A DNA stretch of 64,000 nt from Lingula anatina (Eukaryota > Animalia > Brachiopoda), in contig CM120644.1 in the NCBI GenBank assembly GCA_051362555.1, forward strand, positions 2,550,954 to 2,614,953, given 5' to 3'. Every line of letters begins with the position of its first letter. The first letter of the stretch is position 1. Below the pieces are notes generated by a model, which was not told the origin of the DNA, searched no databases, and saw only the letters and a list, made by a program, of their open reading frames with translations. Below, piece after piece: positions 54,716-64,000 of this stretch. The translations under genes and the position numbers were made by a program.

Positions 54716-57700
54716 TTATTTATTATGGTTATCAACAAAAATCAAGTTTTCTGCAAATTTTTCTCCAACTAGTCTTCATGACTTAAGTTGGTGTAAATTA
54801 TTACAGACAGGTTTAAATCAATTATGAAAAAGTCATGATTTATAACAAGTTATATATAGTTTTCATTAAAAACTTAAGATTTGAAAGGCATTTCAGAAAT
54901 ACATGAGATAGATATCTTTTACATTATTTTCTACATACCTCAACAATGACATCAGTGAGATGCTTTTTCTGCCTGAATAAAACATTTGTAGCACCAATCA
55001 CAAAGCTTCTTACATTCACCTCCTCTAGTAAATCCAAAAATTGTAACGAGAGATATGGATGGCAGAGAGAGCCCTGGAAATATTTAAAAAGCCAATCAAA
55101 ATAAATCTTGCATAATATTTGCCTTCAGCATTGATTTCCAATATTTAATGAAAGTTGTTTTTTTAAATTAAATCTAAGTCTTACCAAGGCATACCAGACA
55201 AACACAAGCAGTACTAGTGGAATTAAAAGTCGAGTCATAGGCCTTTTTCACATTGAGCTCATTTTGGTGTAAAAATATTTAAGACAGGATCTAAGAAGTT
55301 ATATACTCCCTTTTACAAAATCTATCACAGCTGTTAATAAGCCCCAATCAAAGTACCAATCAAACTAAATCTGATTAACTGGCTATGTTAAGTACAGAGG
55401 CTCCATTTGGGTGATTTTCTTACATGACAGCCACACGACTAAGTTGTCAATTTCCCCAAGTATTCTGATACAGATATATGTATTGATCGATGTGAAAAAG
55501 GCAGAAATTTACCTTTGTGAATATAGACAGAGGAAATCCGCATTCATCCACCACAAAGTTTATGGGGGACATGGGGCGTACTTTAACCTTTAGCCTTGTG
55601 GGGCTGTTTGGGCTTTCTGGTTCCTCACGCCTCTTTACCCAGTCAACACTTGAGCTGAAGGCTAGACTAAAACTCTCCCTCAACTTAGCACTAATGTTAC
55701 TGCTTGTAGATTTATCAGAGCTAACACTATCACTGTGAATAAGTTCTGGCTTTGATTTCGCATCAGTGCCTGCCGAGGCATCCTTTTCTTCCCCATCTTG
55801 TTTAGTGTGGTTGATTTCAGCTACTTCATCCGAAGGTTTGCGAAATATCACATTTCTCTTGTTTCTCATTTTCTGCGAGGCTGCTGCGGCAGTAGCCATC
55901 GCTGTCATGAAAACTCCATCCTCTGACGTTCCACGCTCGATGTTGATCTCCTGTGGCTCCTCCACCTTTGTACCCAGAAATGTCCCAGAATTCTCGGGTG
56001 TCGCCTGATGGTCTCCACCTTTTTCCTCGGCCTCGTCTTTAATTTGTAACATGGATCTATCCTCATTCCACGAAAAACAGTTGTCTTCTGAATCTATCTG
56101 TCGCAAACTTTCTGGGGAATCCAGATCCTCCAAACCCTGCAGATCCATGTTGCCTTCTATGCTATCATCCATCCTGTATGATTGGTTCTGTACTGGGCTC
56201 ACTCTAGTAATGGCCTCTATATTTCCTAAAGGATCAGGACTCGGGTCCTTTGTGGGTGACTCTTCGAGAATGCTGGAGTCTGTGTACAGCTTGTCGTGGG
56301 TTTGTAAATTTTCCTTGTGGGTGATGGATTCTATGTAAAGTGGGTTCAAATCAGGTGCTTTATCATGTGCCCAAGTGTGGTGTCTGTGTTGGTGGTCAGT
56401 GTCCACCTTCTGGTCAGCAGCAGTGTCCCAACCAGACTGATTACCACTGGTGGCATAATAGTCATCTACAATGTGCAAAGGATCACTTGCTGCTCGGACT
56501 CGGTCCTCCATGACAGACGTTTGACCACCATTTTTAACCCCTTGACTCCTATTATCTTTTGAAACTGATTCCATGGATTTGGAATGTATCTGCGTACAGT
56601 CCACTGAGATTTGGCCATAATGATCTTCTTTCCAATCTATATCACTCTTTGAGGCAGACTGACCTTCACCTGGTGACCTTTCATCACGACCTTCACCTGG
56701 TGACCTTTGACCCACATCAGACTGACCTTCACCCGGAGACCTTTGGCCTTCTAACACAGGAGCAACAGCATCACTTTCACTACTTTTGGATTTCAGATTG
56801 ATTTCTGGAGAATTTTTAGAATCTCGGTATTTTATTTCCAGGAATTCCTCCCCACTGTCGTCTGCCTCAGCACTTGTAGAGTGGAGTGTTGGAGAGACTT
56901 GCCTGTGCTTTGTATAAGTAGCCGCTTCCTTCAGACCACACTCAACCAGCCCTAAATAGTGAAGAAAAATGCTTAAAGCTTGTTGACAACCTCAAATATT
57001 TCTGTAAAGAAGAGAGCACTCAAAAAATTGGTTTAAGTTTTATCCAAAGCACTCGTTATTAATTGTCCAATATCTTTAAAAAAAAAAGAACAGAGTGACC
57101 CAAGTTACAAAACTTTCAAAGATATGAACAATAAAACTTTTCACTACCCTTTCACTCAAAACCAGTCACTCAAAACCAGGTAAATGAATACTTGATTTTT
57201 TTTTACACATATTTCAAGCACTGGTACAGCTCTGTATTTCATGTGGCAACCTTTCAAACTTAAAACTATAGCATATATCAATAATATACTACTGTACATA
57301 CTGCAAGCTGCAGTACAGACAGAGCGACTTAAAGCCAACCTCTCAGAATTTAACCTGTTTGTGACCTGGGATCTCTCTGCACTGTACAAACAGTTAAAAT
57401 TGACGAGTAAATCTAACTGCTATGAAAAAAGGTGACACCACAGGCTAATTAACCCACCAGGAAATAGTGACAGCAGGGACAAGATGACACTGCAGAGCAT
57501 CTTGACAGGTGACATGTAGAACAGGACTTTCCTCTCCAGCAGGACAAGCTTGAACAACACCAGGATCTTATATCTGTACATCAGGACCACGTCACGCGCA
57601 GACAGACCTGAAGAATAATATCCATCCATTTGAAATCAAATACAGATAGAAGCTTTAAAAGGACAGAGAAACAAAAATACTCCTAAATCTGAGAGAGAGT

Positions 57701-60700
57701 GTGACGTTAAAGTGTGTGTGTGTGTGTGTGGGGGGGGGGTATGAGAGAGAGAAAGAGAGGGGAGAGGGAGAGGGAGAAAGAGAGGGAGAGGAGAGGAAGA
57801 GAGAGGATTGGGGAGAGCGACAGAGAAAGAGAGAGATGGGGTGGAGGCACTGGGAAATGAATAGGGGATGAGAGAGAAAAAAAAGCAAGACAAGGAAGAA
57901 AAGGAGAAAAATAGGGGAGATCAGAGAGAAAGTGATTGACCCACTACCATTTCCTTACCTACAAACACTCTAGATCCATCTATGGTGCAAGGCTCCAAGC
58001 AAGCATTAAGATGTTTGTAGGTGTCCTCTAGCAGTGAAACAATGGTGAAGTCTCCCTGATCAAAGTAGGCATGGGTGATCAGCTCCAGCTTGCTCTGGAG
58101 AATGCTGTACAGGGGCTGTCAATATATAAGTGACAATAAATAATATTTTTTCTTAAATAATGATGACAAAAATGTTGTTAACTCTGACCTTCCACTGTCC
58201 ATATCCAAAAGTCAATCAAGACAAATAATCAACTTGAAGGTCCTTTGAGGAAGGGTTGAAATGGCATGGCTCAAAGGCACAAACCACATTAAGAGCGCAT
58301 TCTCAACGAATTAAGCCAAGCTTTACAAAGCCGGTGACCTAAAAATGGCGGACGTACATGAAAGAAAAACCGCCTAATCTTTTAATAGTCTCTCCGCCTC
58401 TCACACGCCTCCCCACACGTCGTCCCTGCGGGGTACAGTAATTAATTCTCGGCTCCGAACATTAATATTTCCGTGAATATCTCTGGTGATATTATCTCCG
58501 TAGATAGTCGATTCATTGCTGCTCTACGGGCCAAATTATTCCTTTTTCGTCTCTGTTTTCAAAGATAATAGAACAGAAGAGCTTTTTTTCCTTCGATCGC
58601 CTTCAGCCGCCATGCTTTCTTTACCACGAGTTTAACTGATGAGCATGCGTACTTAATATTTCTCAGGTAGCTTCCGCATGGCGAACGGAGACGCGATTTA
58701 ATTACTGTACCCCGCAGGGACGACGTGTGGGGAGGCGGAGAGACTATTAAAAGATTAGGCGGTTTTTCTTTCATGTACGTCCGCCATTTTTAGGTCACCG
58801 GCTTTGTAAAGCCTGGCTTAATTCGTTGAGAATGCGCTCTAAGTCTTTTACCATGTTTAAAGTAGTACTGACTTAAATTGGCTAAAGAAAAAAGGCACGA
58901 TTTGACTTGCTTTAGTCAAAATATAACCATTTTGATAACAAATTGACAAAAAAAAATAGTGATTTGGCTAAACGAAAAAAATTGCTAGCGCTATCCCAGT
59001 AGTTATAAGATCGGCTATGGCTTCAATCTCAATACATTTGTTAACCAAAACAGATCTTGAAAAAATCTTGGTCTGTCAAACAATTTAACAATACAGGTTT
59101 GAAACAGTTAATAACTTTTATGATGAAAAACGGGGAAAAAAAAATCAAGTTAAGGCTGGACAGGTAAATGAATCCGCCCACACTCACCAAAGTTGACAGC
59201 ACACAAACTGACTTCTGCACTGTGCTCCTGGTGACATCTGCAGTGCGGTTTACTAAGTGCTGCAACATAGGATAAGAAAATGGTTCAAAATATGAAAAGG
59301 AACACTCAAAATATTATACAACATCAGGGATGTGATTGACTTGGGGCTGATGAGGGGGAAGGGTGGGGGGCTGAAAACTGACCATGTTGTGCAATTATCC
59401 CAGAAAAGGTTTAAAACTTATTTACAAAGGCAGTTAAAAAAACCTGAAAATGGGGAAAAAAACTAAAAAAATCACATTCCTGTAAGAAGGGAGGGAGGGT
59501 CCTGAAAACTGACAATGATGTGCAATTAATCCGGGAAATTAATGAAACTAAGTTTTAAAAATCCAGTTAAAAAAAAACTGAAAAATTCACATCCCAGTAA
59601 GATGTTGAAGGCATTTGTCCCAACTTAAAGCAATAATAACTCTTCGTTTGAGATTCAAAATTCCGCATGAAATACATCGTAAACAACACATGGAAATATA
59701 TTCTATTGTATTTTAACTCTAAAACGGCCGTTATTGTAGTAAAACTAAAATCTGTGCTTGTCAATAGGGCTTTCGATGCTTTTCTTCCCGGTCATCAAGG
59801 CATTCGTTGCTAATGACATAATGGTGTCACGCGGATTCTCGCGTTCATTCAAGACCAAAATAACATATGGCACCAAACGTATTTTAATGCAGACGCAGAC
59901 TAAGTTGCGAGTTTTTGTACAGTGCGTCGGATAACGAAAAGCCCAGAATGACACACATTGTGGATATTAATGTATTTTTAACAAAAAGACGAATATATCT
60001 CATGAATCTTATATAGTGTTGTTGTTGTCTGCTTTTCCCGCGGTTTTAAGTAGGTCAACAGTGACTATGCGATGTCAGAGAGAGATCCGTCATCAAACAA
60101 AAAAAAAACGCACGTTTAGGAAAAAAACCCTGGATTAACTTTGAATGCAGGAATGGGGTCGCTGACCATTGGTAAGTATGGGAAAATTGTCGTTTACTCC
60201 AGGAAAATCCAATTTTTGGCCAAAATGAAGAGTTATTATGACTTTAAAGGAAATCTACTCCCTGAAGAAAATAACTTATTTAATACTTTTACTTTTCTTC
60301 TATTTCTTAATATTTACCAGTAACTTATCATGACGTATGTTCCCATGTGGAAATGTCTTTGAAAATATTTCAGTGTGAACCAGAGTTGATTTTTTATGTT
60401 TCCAGCCAATTTGCATAGGTTAACTGACTGCATGCTACCTCAGCAGCTAATGTGATTATATGACATGAGACACATGGTGAACATCTTGCAGTTATTCTTA
60501 TAACAGTGTGTTGCAAACCTTCTGTAGCACATGCAACCAATTCAATTATGTACAACAATATCAAGCATATGTCACAGCATTCCATCTAATCAATTTTTTT
60601 AATGTTTAGTTTTTTATTTTTATTTTGTTCAGAAAATGTAGTGAGAACTCACTGTGGCATCAATCTGTCTGTAACATGACACTCCATACACTGTGTCATT

Positions 60701-61979
60701 TCTTCCTCCCTGTGCCTTCAGATGGAAAAATATGGTGTCTGAAAATATAGCAAACAGACATATTATATTATTATACAGACATTGGATGTATACACAGATG
60801 TTGATTTAGACAGTCTACAAATATGAACGTGTATAATGTTAAATTAAGTGCCATTAGATATCAAAGAAATCACAGTACAAGTAGCAAAAAAAATTGACTC
60901 TTTATCACATGGGATGCAGGGGCGGATCCAGAGATATTTTCTGACAGTCTTCCAAATTATCTTTGTTAATTTGTCCTCAATTTTGACCGTCTTCCGACAG
61001 AAAATATTAGATACCCGTCAATGTAAACTTAAAAATCTGACCGTCTTCCGGAAGACCCAGAAGACGGCCTAAATCCGCCCCTGGGATGTAATTATTTTTG
61101 TTAAAGTATGCCTTACACATACATTTGAAATGCGTAAACAGGCTGTAAAGCTACTTATACATATTTCCTTATCTGTGCTTTTAAAATGACAAAACCCATC
61201 AAATAAAAGAACCTTATGGTGCAAAACATCAAATTTAAGTGCAGGGATGAGTTGAAATAATTATTTATGAACAAGTATGAGAAAAAAGTTTTAAAATAAC
61301 AATTAAATTTTGAGCAAAAATCCCCATATAATATAAAATACATCTTGCATAAGTGTGTATAAAAGGGAGAATGCTTTTTAAGGACATACATATTATAATG
61401 CTTATAGATGAAATATAAGGAGGGCAGCTTTGCCACAGTGGAGTTACCTTTCTCATAGTTGTGGGCCCCATCAGGCAGAGCTAGAGAGGGTAGATGTTTC
61501 CACTCATCAGGCACCTCATGGCTGTCTACTGGCTCTCCCTTTATCAATGGAGGGTAGGAATACTCAACCTGAAATAAGTTTTTTAAAAAAATAAGATTCA
61601 GAATCTGTAAATACACATTTAAATCAAACAAAAAGAAAGACCTGAACTCTACACGAGTTTCCAAGACAAAATTTGGTCAGTAACACACAAGCACACACAC
61701 ACACATGAAGAGAGAGAGTTGGGTTGCTGTAAATAGGACTGTATTTATTTTCCATTATCAGTATATTTGCATTAATTAAAAACGCCAAGTCTGTGAAAAA
61801 TTGCTTCTTTGCTTGCAACAATTATGATCAGAAGAATTAATAATCAATAAGACACTAAATATGTGCAATTCGTGACATTGACTGAGGAGGGCTATCTATA
61901 CCTGACACCCTTTCTTATGATGAAATCCGACCACTATCACGTGCAAGACTGGTCCGTCTGTGCTCTCTGATGCCGCCAT
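51396..61979 (-). CDS. AVL9: Late secretory pathway protein AVL9 homolog (DENN-related), 14 exons, 923 aa
   Basis: Exons: 61979-61902, 61568-61448, 60738-60653, 59259-59188, 58115-57959, 57607-57458, 56951-55513, 55073-54939, 54599-54461, 53854-53774, 53206-53092, 52534-52481, 51922-51855, 51472-51396 (2772 nt, all phases consistent). Motifs: [71 protein letters not shown]. Confidence 0.95.
52063..52141. repeat. (CAATA)n pentanucleotide microsatellite
   Basis: About 15 near-perfect units in AVL9 intron 12. Confidence 0.95.
53580..53751. repeat. Compound (CA)n/(CT)n microsatellite
   Basis: Alternating CA and TC tracts in AVL9 intron 10. Confidence 0.95.
54668..54714. repeat. (TATC)n tetranucleotide microsatellite
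   Basis: About 11 units in AVL9 intron 8. Confidence 0.9.
58293..58839. mobile_element. MITE with ~155-bp TIRs, PIF/Harbinger (Tourist)-like, in AVL9 intron 4
   Basis: GAGCGCATTCTCAACGAATTAAGCC...GGGGTACAGTAATTAA is mirrored almost perfectly at the right end. Target-site duplication TAA on both sides. Confidence 0.9.
60917..61083. mobile_element. CAG-terminal MITE with 5-bp TSD (AVL9 intron 2)
   Basis: TIR CAGGGGCGGAT / ATCCGCCCCTG, with GGATG on both flanks. A degraded second copy is at ~38234-38402. Confidence 0.85.
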
Positions 61980-62150
61980 TTCGGTTGGTCTTCAGGTTCC
62001 GTGATAAATTTTGTCTCTGTTGCTCATCGGGCTTAAGGGGGGAGGGTGGTCATCCTTTTTTCTCAAACCGGATATAGAAGTGTAAATTGACGAGAAAGTT
62101 TGTAAGTTGCCATCCAATTGGACACTCGCTAAAAAAGGAACCAATCAGAG
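61970..62150 (-). promoter_or_regulatory. AVL9 proximal promoter with CCAAT boxes and a YY1-like motif
   Basis: GCCGCCATTT overlaps the ATG (61972-61981). A palindromic CCAATTGG lies at 62114-62121 and CCAATCAG at 62141. Confidence 0.5.
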
Positions 62151-64000
62151 CCATGAAAACATCCGTGCGATATTATCACAGACCCATGCAAAACATTTTC
62201 CAGTGGAAAAAATATTCATTACTGCTGAGGGAACTGGTAAACAACTTATGGATAATATTTCATATAATTTCAAATCTATTTTATCCTAAGAAATTACTAG
62301 TTCTTTACATGCTGTATTCTGACATATTTTGCCCGAAAATAGAATCACGCCGGAAAATGCTGTTGGGCTTGCAATACAATATTTGTTTTAGCTTGCACTA
62401 ATAGCTAATTCTTTAGAACTTTGGCGGGTTTTTAGAGAAAGTGAGTATCTCATTTAAGTAAGTGTCGCTTTATAAAAGCAGAAATTGAAGCTAATAGAAG
62501 TATTAAGATACATGGGCCTAGAAAATAGCCCCTAAAACGCCTTATAATTTCTCTTTCGTGTGGAAGGGTCGTGTACCAGTTTCGTTACGGGATTTCGAAA
62601 AGACCGCCGGTCCTCCCCTAAAACCGCCTTTGCGGTAGAATGCATAATTATAATTGCCAAGTGACCCGCAGTATGCTTGACTGATCCACAATTTGACCTT
62701 GTGTCAAGCTAAAAGAGTACGATTTCCAGTGGTAATTAGAGAATTGGTTAAGTGTATACAAATTCAGATTGCTTTAATTGTTGCACGCTTTCACGTAAAA
62801 GCTACACATCTATCATGTATTGCTCTATTCCCCCATTAAGCATTATTCCAACTAAGTTAACATATATAGTTACTGTGCGAAGGACAACAGCATTGCAATA
62901 TTGAGCCTTGCATAACGTTTTGGGTGAAGTTGTTGCTGTTATAATATACAGCAAAGGCTTGAGGTTTACTGATAGAAAAGGTCTGGGGGGTAAAGTAAAC
63001 ACTGTGTTTGTCAGGTGTGTTTGCACTTAAGTCCAGGGCTAATTTTACTGTTTCCTGTTGGACTTGGCCCCCTTTTGCTGGAATGAGTTGATTGCTTAAT
63101 CTGCATTTCAAATTAGAGTTGCAGATAGAGAATTCCACAGACATTAAATTTTAAACTAAAATGGGTTACATGTGAAAACAACTGCTAGCTGTTGTAAGTC
63201 AAAGAGGGGGTAAAAACTCAAACCTAAAGGTTGTGGCAAGTTGGATCTTTTGTCGGTCAGGAGTGTTTCTTGTCTTCACACATCTTAAGCTATATAGTGG
63301 ACAATCGCTATGGACTTGGAAATTGTTTGTTCACTATATATTGTGTAAATATGTTGGGTGAAAAGGGATGGGCATTGCATAAGGGATTACTGGGGCATAT
63401 AAGCTCTTGTAGTTTACTGGTTTGTTCACTTTAGCAACGGAGGGGCGAGGTGCCAACATCGGCAAGAATGGGTTGAGCTTCATACTTGGCTTTTGCCATA
63501 TGGGGTGATTAACCCCGCAGTGTTAACAGAGTCCAGGAGTTTTAATGTTCAGATGACTTGGCTTGTGATACTGGGGAGGTTTTACGCTAGTCTTGGAAGG
63601 TGTAGAGGAACGGGTAAGTTGGGCAGAGTTGAGTAGTCGTGGTTGAAATGAGAACCTCTTCAATCTAGCCGCAAAGTAACAGGTTGGCTGCATTGCTAGA
63701 AGGAAATTTGTATTGGGTAAAAGGAGATAAGTTAATCAGTTGGGTCAAGTAGCATGGCCATTTCTTTGATAAAAATGCATGGTATATTTTTTTAAATATG
63801 TAATTTAAATATTTGAATGTATTTATTTAATTTTTTCCATGCTACTACATATAAGTATATTTATACTCTAAATGGGAGAGAACTACCAAGAATGTTGCTG
63901 TTTTTTTTTTTTATTTATTTATTTTTAATATACTGTATTCATTTCATGGCATTGATGATTGATTTCATTTTCTTTTTCTTCAGATATAGATGTGTCATGC

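Noticed and set aside
59555-60390. Further Kolobok-like MITE remnants in AVL9 intron 3
   Set aside because: The terminal matches are too short and degenerate to define boundaries without a repeat library.

Overview
This is AT-rich, intron-rich animal DNA, probably from a marine invertebrate (lophotrochozoan-like; inferred from repeat style and gene content). It is not prokaryotic, and I found no CRISPR array, rRNA or tRNA. I rebuilt six spliced genes by hand, each with consistent splice phases. They are BAMBI (minus strand; exons 1-2 only, separated by a 17.8-kb intron, last exon beyond the left edge), COMMD3 (minus, 8 exons, 195 aa), an 8-finger C2H2 zinc-finger gene head-to-head with COMMD3 (plus, 4 exons, 700 aa), a proline iminopeptidase (plus, 8 coding exons, 318 aa, one GC-AG intron), a classical SDR oxidoreductase (plus, 4 exons, 289 aa) and AVL9 (minus, 14 exons, 923 aa, with a 1.44-kb exon). 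The introns carry many non-autonomous transposons: several MITE families, Kolobok relics and Helentron-type HINEs. The most striking structure is in SDR intron 2. There a 3-kb HINE is nested inside another HINE and carries about 13 copies of a 146-bp satellite, most units holding a perfect AGGTCA-A-AGGTCA (DR1) nuclear-receptor motif. The same motif also appears inside AVL9 coding sequence. I see no unambiguous new biological system; the best candidates are listed as testable hypotheses.
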